Assembly (NCBI GenBank): GCA_021372585.1
Contig: JAJFUD010000059.1
Coordinates: 2,035-66,034 of the forward strand
Direction of reading: 5' to 3'
Source: a bacterium
Lineage (GTDB): Bacteria; Caldisericota; Caldisericia; UBA6126
Length of the DNA: 64,000 nt
This document shows positions 53,245-62,821 of this stretch, in pieces. Position numbers and translations under genes: made by a program. Under the pieces are notes generated by a model, which saw only the letters and a list, made by a program, of their open reading frames with translations, had not been told where the DNA came from and did not search any database. Position 1 is the first letter of the stretch. Each line of letters starts with the position of its first letter.

Positions 53245-53264
53245 ATTCTAGTTTCCTTTCATCT

Positions 53265-53957
53265 TTAAATAGTTTTCAGGATATTTTGAATGATTTGAGA
53301 TCTACGGTCGTAATAAAGGGAGGTTGCAGTGACTCTTCTCGAAATATACCGTTCCAGTAACGGAGTAACATATTGTAGCTCTTCTTTGGAGGCTTTTGTA
53401 TTGATATCGTGCAAGACCCATATCGTATTATAGAAAGGAAATCGTTTCCATTTTCTTTTCCCGTCACGCAGGGACTTTAATATCTCCAATCCTCGTCGTA
53501 ATCTTGTATCTGCCTTATCAAGACTCCCGCTTAATAATCCTCTCCAGTAAGCATTGCTACATTTTCCGCAACAAAACATCCCCATCGGTTTACCATAAAT
53601 TGCTTCGTCTTCAGAAATTTTGGCTCTCCAGGATTTTTTGGCAGTGGTTAATACCTGCTTCACCTCAGGAATGTCTAAATCCCACCTTTGCAATAGATTC
53701 ATCGCTTCTTCACCTATAATATGTGATATAGCAGCTCCCGAAGTGACGGGTTCTCCGGTAAATAAATGCACGCCTTCTTTAAAATCAGCTTCGGTGGGGG
53801 CAAAAAGTCCATGGTATGATCCTTTTATGCCTCTTCGTTTGCTGATCCAGAGAGCTATTTTTTCCTTTTCCCGATTGGGGATGGTTTCCGAAAAAAGCTC
53901 CGCGTGCAACACGTTATTGACTGTATTCGACAAGCTTCTTTCATCAAAATACTGCAT
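53265..53957 (-). CDS. Hypothetical protein
   Basis: 230 aa. No family recognised. Confidence 0.5.
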   Translation of the reverse strand: MQYFDERSLSNTVNNVLHAELFSETIPNREKEKIALWISKRRGIKGSYHGLFAPTEADFKEGVHLFTGEPVTSGAAISHIIGEEAMNLLQRWDLDIPEVKQVLTTAKKSWRAKISEDEAIYGKPMGMFCCGKCSNAYWRGLLSGSLDKADTRLRRGLEILKSLRDGKRKWKRFPFYNTIWVLHDINTKASKEELQYVTPLLERYISRRVTATSLYYDRRSQIIQNILKTI

Positions 53958-54467
53958 ATTCCCTCTTGTAACAAAAATATTCTATATTCTAGTATATCGA
54001 AACCGTGAGAAAGTGTCTGCAATTAAAAGAGATTTTCTTATATGGATATGGGTTTTTGACTTTACCGGAATATTGCCTGAAATGTAAGGAATAGAAAGAA
54101 TGAAGATTCGTTTTCACATTTCCAGAAGTAAAAAACTTTATCATGATGCAATGGAAATGATTCTTGTGAAGATATGGGTAGTGATGAAAAAATGAACTGC
54201 GTTATTACCTTACTCTTATTAGTAATTGTTGATCATTCAGAAACCCTCCTTGAAATCAGCTTAGTTTTTTGTAAGATATAATTTGGTGACCTTCGAGTCT
54301 GATATAGCTAAAGTGATAAACTATGCAATCGGACCAGTAGGGTATAAGAAGAAATTTTTATGCCTCCCCTATTTGGAAAGGAGGAAACGAGATGATTGGA
54401 GCATTTTGTTTTTATTTTTTAGAATTTATTATTTTTCAACGGGTTCTGTTCCGTCTTTTTTCTATTT

Positions 54468-54998
54468 ATGAGGTGTTTTATGTCAAAATCTAATTTCACG
54501 GTCAACTGGATTACAAAAACAGCTATATTACTTGCGCTATTGATTGTTATCCAGCTTTTTAGAATGCCTCAATTAATTACCGGTGTGATCGTAAATTTCA
54601 TTCTTTTGCTGGCATTTGTTCAGGTGGATGTGTTCAGTGGGATTATTATCGGCCTGATCAGTCCGGTGTTTGCCTTTTTACTCGGTATTTTAGCTGCGCC
54701 TTTAGCTCCGATGATACCTTTTATCATGTTAGGGAACGCGGTGTACGTAGCGATCTTCGCCATGGTCAGATCTAGTAAGCCAAATTGGTGGAAAGCGAGT
54801 ATTGGCGTTATTATAGGAGCGTCTGTTAAATTTTCCTTACTCACGTTATCAGTGAAGTACTTAGTAAATGTTCCACCTAAGATTGCTCAGGCAATGAGCC
54901 TTCCACAATTGTATACTGCTTTAGCAGGCGGAGTAATGATTATTTTACTCGAGTTTAAATGGTTTTCTGACCAAAAAAGGCTCAATACATCAAAATAA
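54468..54998 (+). CDS. Small polytopic membrane protein, possibly ECF-transporter S-component-like
   Basis: 176 aa, about 5 TM segments. Immediately upstream of hydA. Confidence 0.4.
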   Translation: MRCFMSKSNFTVNWITKTAILLALLIVIQLFRMPQLITGVIVNFILLLAFVQVDVFSGIIIGLISPVFAFLLGILAAPLAPMIPFIMLGNAVYVAIFAMVRSSKPNWWKASIGVIIGASVKFSLLTLSVKYLVNVPPKIAQAMSLPQLYTALAGGVMIILLEFKWFSDQKRLNTSK

Positions 54999-55043
54999 TC
55001 AATTTGTATTGTACTTATAAATATTACCTTGGAGGGAAATTTT

Positions 55044-56879
55044 ATGGAAAATGAAGTTCAGGTTACGATAAACGGGCAGAAACACTCGGTCGTGAAAGGT
55101 ACTACTATTCTTGATGCCTGTAAAAAGGTCAATATCTCGATTCCTACTCTTTGCTACATGGAAGGATTATGTGATGTCGGAGCTTGTGGTGTCTGTGTAG
55201 TAGAGGTAGCCAAAGCGAGAACTCTACAACGCGCCTGCATTACAGAAGTGACAGAGGGGATGGAAATTCTAACCCATACACCACGTGTTCGTGATGCCAG
55301 AAAAACCCTGGTAGAATTATTATTGGCAAATCATCCGAAAGATTGCTTATCTTGTGACCGCAATGAAACGTGTGAACTTAGACAATTAGCCTACGATTTG
55401 GGCATAAAACAGGTTCGTTTCGAAAAAACAAGAGAAGTAGATTATCCTTTGGATGAAACCTCTCAAAGCATTGTTCGGGACAGAAATAAATGTATTCTTT
55501 GCAGAAGGTGTGTAGAAGTGTGTGATAAAGTACAGTCTGTAAATGTTATCGATGTAGCAGGGCGTGGAATGAACAGCAAAATCGCCACTTTCCAAGATAT
55601 GGGATTGGGAAATTCTTATTGTACAAATTGTGGACAGTGCGTTTTAATTTGTCCAACCGGCGCTTTAATGGAACGTTCAGAAATCGATAAAGTATGGAGG
55701 GCTCTTTCCGATCCGAAGAAGATTGTTCTTGTCGAAGCAGCACCTGCTGTTAGGGTAGCGATCGGCGAAGAGTTTGGCATGCCGCCGGGGACACTGGTAA
55801 CCGGCAAGATGGCAGCAGCGTTGCGACAACTTGGTTTCAACAAGATATTTGATACACAATTCACAGCTGATTTAACGATTATCGAAGAAGGATATGAATT
55901 AATAGGAAGAATAAAAAAGGCTCTCGGCCAGGACGTTCATCTTCACGGACCCTCTGTCCTTCCCATGGTAACCTCTTGCTCCCCTGGATGGATTAAATTT
56001 GCAGAGCACTTTTTCCCCGATATTCTCGATCATCTTTCCACCTGCAAATCGCCTCAGCAGATGTTCGGTGCTGTCGCTAAAACCTATTATGCCGAAATGA
56101 TGAAAGTAGACCCGAGAGATATTGTAGTAGTTTCGATCATGCCTTGTGTCGCTAAGAAATTTGAAGCAAAGCGTCCTGAAATGAAAGATGCCTATGAGTA
56201 CTGGAAATCTAAACTAGATCTTTCCGAGTCTGATGTTTTTCCTGATGTAGACCACGTATTAACCACTCGCGAAGCCGCCAGAATGATGAAAGAGGCTGGG
56301 ATACATTTGCCTGATTTACCTGAAGAAAAATTCGATGAACCATTAGGATTATCTACTGGAGCCGCTACGATTTTCGGAGCTTCTGGTGGTGTAATGGAAG
56401 CTGCCATTCGTACTGCTTATGAAGTGTTAACAGAGGAAAAACTCCCCAGAATCGATTTTGAAGAAGTCAGAGGATTAACCGGTATCAAAACAGCCACTCT
56501 GGATATCAAAGGACTTCCGTTAAAAGTTGCTGTGGCAAATAGTTTAAGTAATGCCCGGATACTTCTGGATCAAGTGGCCAAAGGAGAATCTCCTTATCAC
56601 TTTATAGAGATCATGACCTGCCCTGGTGGTTGTCTGGGCGGGGGAGGACAACCGCACCCAACCAATACCGAAATTCGTGAAGCCCGATTAAAGGCAGTGT
56701 ATTGTGAAGACCGTAACCTGCCAATAAGAAAATCCCATGAAAATCCCGCGATTACAGAGATATACAAAGCATTTCTGATTGAACCAAACGGGGAAAAATC
56801 ACATCATTTACTTCATACTAACTACATTAAACGGAGTGTATACACAATTTTTAATGAAGAGGCAAAAGTTTCTGAATAA
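55044..56879 (+). CDS. hydA: [FeFe]-hydrogenase catalytic subunit, CpI-like M3 architecture, with variant L1 motif
   Basis: N-terminal 2Fe-2S, His-ligated 4Fe-4S and two ferredoxin-like 4Fe-4S motifs. H-cluster motifs MPCVAKKFE and EIMTCPGGCLGGGGQP. L1 reads TSCSPGW instead of TSCCPGW. Start placed at MENEVQ (RBS GGAGGG). Confidence 0.9.
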   Translation: MENEVQVTINGQKHSVVKGTTILDACKKVNISIPTLCYMEGLCDVGACGVCVVEVAKARTLQRACITEVTEGMEILTHTPRVRDARKTLVELLLANHPKDCLSCDRNETCELRQLAYDLGIKQVRFEKTREVDYPLDETSQSIVRDRNKCILCRRCVEVCDKVQSVNVIDVAGRGMNSKIATFQDMGLGNSYCTNCGQCVLICPTGALMERSEIDKVWRALSDPKKIVLVEAAPAVRVAIGEEFGMPPGTLVTGKMAAALRQLGFNKIFDTQFTADLTIIEEGYELIGRIKKALGQDVHLHGPSVLPMVTSCSPGWIKFAEHFFPDILDHLSTCKSPQQMFGAVAKTYYAEMMKVDPRDIVVVSIMPCVAKKFEAKRPEMKDAYEYWKSKLDLSESDVFPDVDHVLTTREAARMMKEAGIHLPDLPEEKFDEPLGLSTGAATIFGASGGVMEAAIRTAYEVLTEEKLPRIDFEEVRGLTGIKTATLDIKGLPLKVAVANSLSNARILLDQVAKGESPYHFIEIMTCPGGCLGGGGQPHPTNTEIREARLKAVYCEDRNLPIRKSHENPAITEIYKAFLIEPNGEKSHHLLHTNYIKRSVYTIFNEEAKVSE

Positions 56880-56899
56880 CCGTTTTCTTACTTATTTTA

Positions 56900-56928
56900 G
56901 GGAGAAGGGCTACTCCTTCTCCCTTTTT
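56900..56928 (+). terminator. Intrinsic terminator GGGAGAAGG-gctact-CCTTCTCCC + TTTTT
   Basis: Read directly. 9-bp GC-rich stem followed by a T-run, 21 nt after the hydA stop. Confidence 0.8.
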
Positions 56929-57005
56929 CATTATCTTAATACTTTACAATGACAAATCCTGTTTTAGAATAGCCTCAGATTTAGTTTGTTGAGGGGAGAA
57001 AAAAT

Positions 57006-57662
57006 ATGGAGTTTAAGAATATCAGCAATTATCGGATGAAATGGTTTGGAACCGATGAAATCAGAAATCTGGATGAAGTTCAAGATAAGCTATCCTTCAT
57101 GAAAGGTTTTTCATTTGGTCCGTTTGTTCCTTACTATTTGTATCATTTTTTCCATAATATCTGGGATTTTTATATCCTCCAAATGGCAGCTAACTTCATC
57201 ATGGCGTATCTATTTTTAATTGGGTATTATGTTTTTTATTTCTATGCGAAATTCAAAGGAGCATTCTCAGCAATCAAGAATCTTGACACAGAGAGCGGGA
57301 ATAATCCATTAGATTTTTTCACCGGACAATTTGCTTCTTATATTACTACCTTTATTATCATCATGGTGGTTTTTGTATTTCTTTTTCTTGCCTTAGATAT
57401 CGGTTTAAAGATCTATGCGGGGAAACATTGCCGAAAACTCTCCTGGAACCGATGCGAATGGCAAAACTATGAAGTGTTTGAACAAGGTGAAAAGAACTGG
57501 CATATTGCCGGTCTTGTTTTCTTTATTCTGAAAATGTTATCTTTACTGCTCGGGATTATTTTGATTATCGCAGGAGTCATATTGATCAAAACCCACATGC
57601 CCTCATTGAAAGAGATGCTACCGACTGGACTACAGAGTTATATTCACAAATTACTCCTGTAA
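57006..57662 (+). CDS. Hypothetical membrane protein
   Basis: 218 aa with multiple TM segments. Confidence 0.5.
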   Translation: MEFKNISNYRMKWFGTDEIRNLDEVQDKLSFMKGFSFGPFVPYYLYHFFHNIWDFYILQMAANFIMAYLFLIGYYVFYFYAKFKGAFSAIKNLDTESGNNPLDFFTGQFASYITTFIIIMVVFVFLFLALDIGLKIYAGKHCRKLSWNRCEWQNYEVFEQGEKNWHIAGLVFFILKMLSLLLGIILIIAGVILIKTHMPSLKEMLPTGLQSYIHKLLL

Positions 57663-57836
57663 CTTGATCTCCAAGCCTTGCAAGATGGTTTTTCCTTCAT
57701 GAGATTTGATTTCCATGTCTTGTGCAAACAGGATAATGGACAGGTCTTTGTGAAGAGACCTCATCAAAATAAGTACTAGCTGTTTTCTATACTTTTTCTC
57801 CCTGATTTTCTTGTATAATAGTAAGCCTAAGGCATA

Positions 57837-58838
57837 TTGACAAAGGAGGGAAACATACTCAACTTCAAACGGCTTATACCGACTTTTTTAGTCTTTTCGG
57901 GGCTTTTTTGGCTGGTGTACCCAACGCATGAATATAGCGCCAAAGCTTTGATCAGTATCATGACTGAAACAGTAAACGAGAATATTCTCTTAACGGTGAC
58001 TTCTTCTGATGCGATTCCTTACGAAGTTCAATATACCAACGAATTCCTTCAGATCTCCTTCCCCTTATCAGAGGCGAATCAGTTTCAATTTGGCAATATG
58101 GCAAGAGAATTAAGCCCTATCTTGCTTCCAGGAGAGAATAACAAAGGTTTTTTCGTTACTCTGTCTTTGGACCAATTTCATTTTGTTTCGATGAGACCAA
58201 CTTCTTCCCTTCAAAATCTTCAATGGTCGTTTAGTCAAACGTATCCCATGCCATTAGCTGGTAAAACAATCATTCTGGATCCCGGACATGGCGCTTATGA
58301 TGAAGAGACGATGTCTATTTATGATACCGGGGTATTAAAATTTGATTTAATTGAAAGTGAATTAAACCTTCGAGTCGCTTTTGCGTTAAAACCTTTATTG
58401 GAAGAAATGGGGGCAACGGTAATCCTCACAAGAGAAAAGGAAAAATACACCGGAACGATATTATTTAAACCCAGGATTGAATTTGTGAATACAATAAAGC
58501 CGGATATCTACCTGGCAATTCACCACAATGATTCGGATTATGAAGAACCAAACGGAATTTTTGTTTATTACAACCATCCGGATTCAGAAGCATTTGCCAA
58601 TTTCCTGTTCCATGATGTCAGTAATGCAGTTGGTTTAAAAAAGAATCACGTTTTGACTGATCCTTTGGTGACTTTATCTTCTCTCAATGTTCCAACCGCG
58701 GCTTTGATAGAATGTTCTTTTTTCTCGAGTGTGATTGACAGAAAAATCCTTAGCAAACCGGACTATGTTGTAAAAGTAAGCGAGGGAATCAAAAATGCTA
58801 TATTACATAATGAAGAAATTCAAGAGGAGACCAGGTGA
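57837..58838 (+). CDS. N-acetylmuramoyl-L-alanine amidase (Amidase_3, CwlD-like)
   Basis: ILDPGHG...AIHHNDSD and E/ECSF motifs of Amidase_3. N-terminal signal/anchor. TTG start is uncertain. Confidence 0.75.
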   Translation: MTKEGNILNFKRLIPTFLVFSGLFWLVYPTHEYSAKALISIMTETVNENILLTVTSSDAIPYEVQYTNEFLQISFPLSEANQFQFGNMARELSPILLPGENNKGFFVTLSLDQFHFVSMRPTSSLQNLQWSFSQTYPMPLAGKTIILDPGHGAYDEETMSIYDTGVLKFDLIESELNLRVAFALKPLLEEMGATVILTREKEKYTGTILFKPRIEFVNTIKPDIYLAIHHNDSDYEEPNGIFVYYNHPDSEAFANFLFHDVSNAVGLKKNHVLTDPLVTLSSLNVPTAALIECSFFSSVIDRKILSKPDYVVKVSEGIKNAILHNEEIQEETR

Positions 58839-58841
58839 ATT

Positions 58842-59072
58842 TTGTTAACCATTCGATGTGCCAAGTGTAGAAAAAAACTGTTTAAATATGAGAAGATCGG
58901 TAAAGGAAAAGTGCTTCGCTGTTTTAAAGAGAGGATCTCCCATCTGCAGGCAGAGCCCCATCAGGAAAGCCTGTGTTGCACTTGCGGGGAAGTGATTGGG
59001 ATCGACAAAGGCGAGTACTACCAAATGAATAGTTTACGCTTTACTTATACCGGAAAAAAGGAAAACAGTTAG
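58842..59072 (+). CDS. Small zinc-ribbon-like protein
   Basis: CAKC...CCTCG cysteine pairs. 76 aa. Confidence 0.4.
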   Translation: MLTIRCAKCRKKLFKYEKIGKGKVLRCFKERISHLQAEPHQESLCCTCGEVIGIDKGEYYQMNSLRFTYTGKKENS

Positions 59073-59104
59073 AATGGATGTATGAATGAAAGAGAGGAAG
59101 AAAA

Positions 59105-59743
59105 ATGTCAAAGAATAAATTAGAATACAGAGAAGCGTATAAAAATCTGTATTTTCCAAAGAATATCAGGGTATTAGAGGTGCCTCCTATGAAATTTTTC
59201 CTGATTGACGGGAAGGGGGATCCGAATACAGAAGCGTTTAGTGAAGTAATCAACAATCTCTATTCACTTTCTTACAGCCTAAAGATGATGCTGAAGAAAA
59301 TGAAAGATATCCCTGATTATCAGGATTATACTGTCTTTCCGCTGGAAGGGGTTTGGGATTTGGACCAAACCGGCAGGGGCATGTCCACATTAGATAAAAC
59401 TAAGTTTGTGTATACGATGATGATCCGTCAGCCTGATTTTATTACTGAAGAGCTTGCGATGGAAGCGATGGAGATCGCCAAAAGAAAGAAACCTCATCCT
59501 TTGTTAAAAAGAGCGGTATTTACCACTATCACTGAGGGCTGGGTGATTCAGATGATGCACTATGGAAGTTATGACAGCGAAGAAGTTACTTTCCAGATGA
59601 TGGCAGACTACTGTACTGAGAATGGATTAAGAAGAGTGGGGATGAAACATCGGGAGATCTATTATTCTGATCCCAGGAAAACAGAGGCTACTAAGCTAAA
59701 AACGTTGTTGCGATACCGCATAGAAGATATTCCGGGGAGATAA
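59105..59743 (+). CDS. GyrI-like domain protein
   Basis: 212 aa. PPMKFFLIDGKGDP motif characteristic of GyrI-like (YdeE-type) proteins. Confidence 0.65.
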   Translation: MSKNKLEYREAYKNLYFPKNIRVLEVPPMKFFLIDGKGDPNTEAFSEVINNLYSLSYSLKMMLKKMKDIPDYQDYTVFPLEGVWDLDQTGRGMSTLDKTKFVYTMMIRQPDFITEELAMEAMEIAKRKKPHPLLKRAVFTTITEGWVIQMMHYGSYDSEEVTFQMMADYCTENGLRRVGMKHREIYYSDPRKTEATKLKTLLRYRIEDIPGR

Positions 59744-59745
59744 GT

Positions 59746-60276
59746 ATGGAACATCTTGAGACAATCATTTTAGCAGGAGGATGCTTTTGGTGTATGGAAG
59801 CGGTTTTTAGTCTGTTTAAAGGCATTCGTTCTGCGACTCCCGGCTATACAGACGGCTTGACAGTCAATCCAACCTATGCTGAAGTTTGCACCGGACTTAC
59901 CCACCACGTGGAAGCGGTAAAACTCGTTTATGATCCTTCTTTGATCTCACTGGAAGTTATACTTGATATTTTCTTTTCTGCCCATAATCCCACCACCTTA
60001 AATCAGCAGGGGCAGGATATCGGCACACAATATCGATCCGGTATTTACACCACAACCCTTGAACAGATGAACATCTCAAAAAAGTTTATTCAGGATCTCA
60101 CTGACCAATCATTTTTCCCGGATCCTATCGTAACAGAGGTGAAAGAAGCAGGACCGTTCTATCCGGCGGAAGGCTACCATCATGACTATTTCAAAAATAA
60201 TCCGTCCCAACCTTACTGTCAGCTTTCCATCGGTCCAAAGATTTTAAAAATAAAGAAGAAATACCACTTGGAGTAA
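59746..60276 (+). CDS. msrA: Peptide methionine sulfoxide reductase MsrA
   Basis: GGCFWCMEAVF active-site motif. 176 aa. Confidence 0.9.
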   Translation: MEHLETIILAGGCFWCMEAVFSLFKGIRSATPGYTDGLTVNPTYAEVCTGLTHHVEAVKLVYDPSLISLEVILDIFFSAHNPTTLNQQGQDIGTQYRSGIYTTTLEQMNISKKFIQDLTDQSFFPDPIVTEVKEAGPFYPAEGYHHDYFKNNPSQPYCQLSIGPKILKIKKKYHLE

Positions 60277-60336
60277 AGGCATCCCTGCTTTACCGAATTT
60301 CACCTTTAACACTGATGATATAGTGGAATAGTAGTA

Positions 60337-61434
60337 TCAAGATGAATTGCCATTTTGATGACAGATAAGTTTCCATATCTCTTCTTCCTGATAAATGACA
60401 TCTACCGGATTGGGAAACGTGTTTTCTTCTGAATCTTTTTCAATCATTGGTATCGTTAAGTACTCCTCAACCAGTGATAAGACATTGTACAAACTAAATT
60501 TCCCGCATTCATCAAGATTGTTTGCATCGATACTCTCAATCGTATCCTTAAATGTGTGGTACCCTCCGATGTTGGTCGGATTTTCTTTTAATAAGCACAT
60601 CACCTTCATCCCTTTTTGGTAAAAAGGATAATGGTCCGAAACCGGTTTCATCAACCAATCGGTATCTTTATATTTCAGTTTGCAGAAAATGATGGCTTCT
60701 TTCAAGACTCGTCGATATGGATCATTATTCCGAAAATTGGACCCAATTTCCCAATTCCCTGTTCCGGTGCCAACCATATCCAGATTAATCATTGCCAGAG
60801 ATTGGTTCAGCGGGAACAATGGATAGTCAGCGTAGTACTTGGAACCATACAATCCTTGTTCCTCTCCGGTAAAAGCAACGAAGACAATATTGACCGAAGA
60901 TAACAGGATCACATCGGATAAAATCCTTGCCATTTCAATCACAACCGAAGTACCGGATGCATTGTCGTTTGCACCGCGGTAAATCTGACCGCTTATACTC
61001 TTGCCTAAATGGTCATAATGGGCACCAATCACGATAGATTTCTTGCATTCAGGGTTGGCGGAAGGAATGAATCCAACGACATTGTCTCCATTCGAAAGAC
61101 TCATCGCATTGGTGACTGTCTGGAAATAAGAGCTATCCGTAAACGTGTGCAAACCAAATACGGCATACTGATCGGCAATCCATTGGGCTGCTTTTTTACC
61201 ACCTTCCGACCCTGTCAACCTACCTTCATACTCATCTTTAGTTAACTCAGCAATAGAGTGATAAGCATTCATCTTTTCAAATTGACCAGTGATAAAGGGA
61301 ATAAACTTGAATCGCTCATGATGAGTGGGTATCTGTTGAAAAGAAAAACCAATCGGTGGCAACAAAATAATACCGGCTAAAAACAGAGCAAATACAACTG
61401 AAAGCTTTCTTTTCATAAGAATAGTATACTGCAA
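60337..61434 (-). CDS. M28-family peptidase (aminopeptidase-like), secreted
   Basis: Signal peptide. GANDNASGTSVVIEMAR and FTGEEQGLYGS zinc-ligand motifs. Confidence 0.8.
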   Translation of the reverse strand: MQYTILMKRKLSVVFALFLAGIILLPPIGFSFQQIPTHHERFKFIPFITGQFEKMNAYHSIAELTKDEYEGRLTGSEGGKKAAQWIADQYAVFGLHTFTDSSYFQTVTNAMSLSNGDNVVGFIPSANPECKKSIVIGAHYDHLGKSISGQIYRGANDNASGTSVVIEMARILSDVILLSSVNIVFVAFTGEEQGLYGSKYYADYPLFPLNQSLAMINLDMVGTGTGNWEIGSNFRNNDPYRRVLKEAIIFCKLKYKDTDWLMKPVSDHYPFYQKGMKVMCLLKENPTNIGGYHTFKDTIESIDANNLDECGKFSLYNVLSLVEEYLTIPMIEKDSEENTFPNPVDVIYQEEEIWKLICHQNGNSS

Positions 61435-61445
61435 AGAGTCCGAAT

Positions 61446-62756
61446 TTAATTCAGATAAGTAACGGTCACTTCCTGTTTTCCACTATTCCAGTCTACCTTA
61501 CAGTTCAAGTTCTCTGCAACAAAACGAAGGGGCAGGAATGTCCTTCCGGGAGGGATAATGACCGGTTTCACTTTCGGATTATTGCTGTCGATATACACAG
61601 TCTTTCCATTCACAACTGCCTGGGAATAGCCGACTTTCATCTTGATCTCAAGCAATTGTAAATAAATATAAATCTCCTGGGTCGCTGGTATCCAATTTAG
61701 CCTGGCTCCCAATGACTCCGCTAAAAACCGAATGGGCAGCATGGTCCTCCCTTCGAGAATGATAGGCTTGGTATCCATTGTTTTCGCAATATCGTCCACC
61801 CAATACGTCTCTTTACCAATCTGAAAGCGGATGTTGGTCTTTTCTTTATAAGTTTCGCTTGGGTATCCTGCTTTTACCCAGGCTTCAAAACCACCTAATA
61901 ATCGATAAACATCTGTAAAGTCATTCTGCATCAATAAGTCAGCTACAAATATGGCAGGGGCTTCCCCTCTGCAGTAGACCAAAATAGGTCTTTCTTTGTT
62001 GAATTTAGGTAAGTTTTGAGCGACATCATTCATTTCAATATTAATCGCTCCCGGTAAGTGACCTATTTTCCAGGCATTGGAAACATCAAAAATCAAGAGT
62101 GAAGGAGTTTTATCGTAAAGTTCTTTAGCAGCCTTCGCATCAATTTCGGAATGGGCTTTTTTGGCAATCGCAGCATCACCGGAAACCCGAAATGCGTGCA
62201 TAGAAGTATACTCATCTTTGGAACCATACGCAGCGATATATTTTAACGAACCGGATGAAGGAAACGGAAGATCATAGGCATCCTTTGTATCCAATAACCG
62301 TTGGAACTCAATGATGGTATACCCATCAAGCTCCATTCCGGTAAAAACGGTCACATCATTCGTTCCGCCTAAAGTATCGTCTTGAGGGTGAGGACCCATG
62401 GGTCCTTTAGAAAAAGCATCATGTATCTTCGTCTCCCCGTTTGATTCCACCCAGCCGATAATCATATCTGCCTGGTCCATCTGGTTTTTCCCTTTAGGGG
62501 AGATGCCTATCGAGACCCAGCCAAGGGTTTTGGCTTTCATCCCAATGACGACTTTATCCTCTTCATAACGCCAAAATAATTGATAGTTTCCGTTTTGCAG
62601 GGAAATGGATTGGTTATATTCCCCCGCATCGATCACACCGTCAATCAGTATTTCTGCATGAACTGGTAAAATGCGAAACCCCATTGGTATTATGGTGAAG
62701 ATAAATAAACAACATAACATGCTGATTGTTTTCAGAAGCTTTTTAGGGTACATCAT
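61446..62756 (-). CDS. Secreted multidomain protein: DOMON-like + rhodanese + two copper-amine-oxidase N-terminal (stalk) domains
   Basis: Signal peptide. Rhodanese loop VYCRGEAP. Two GRTxLPxRFxAExLG repeats. Confidence 0.65.
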   Translation of the reverse strand: MMYPKKLLKTISMLCCLFIFTIIPMGFRILPVHAEILIDGVIDAGEYNQSISLQNGNYQLFWRYEEDKVVIGMKAKTLGWVSIGISPKGKNQMDQADMIIGWVESNGETKIHDAFSKGPMGPHPQDDTLGGTNDVTVFTGMELDGYTIIEFQRLLDTKDAYDLPFPSSGSLKYIAAYGSKDEYTSMHAFRVSGDAAIAKKAHSEIDAKAAKELYDKTPSLLIFDVSNAWKIGHLPGAINIEMNDVAQNLPKFNKERPILVYCRGEAPAIFVADLLMQNDFTDVYRLLGGFEAWVKAGYPSETYKEKTNIRFQIGKETYWVDDIAKTMDTKPIILEGRTMLPIRFLAESLGARLNWIPATQEIYIYLQLLEIKMKVGYSQAVVNGKTVYIDSNNPKVKPVIIPPGRTFLPLRFVAENLNCKVDWNSGKQEVTVTYLN

Positions 62757-62821
62757 GCCTCCCGTAAAACAAGTTTTTATTAGTAACCATTATAACGGAA
62801 AACCTGTAAACCTATTTCTTT

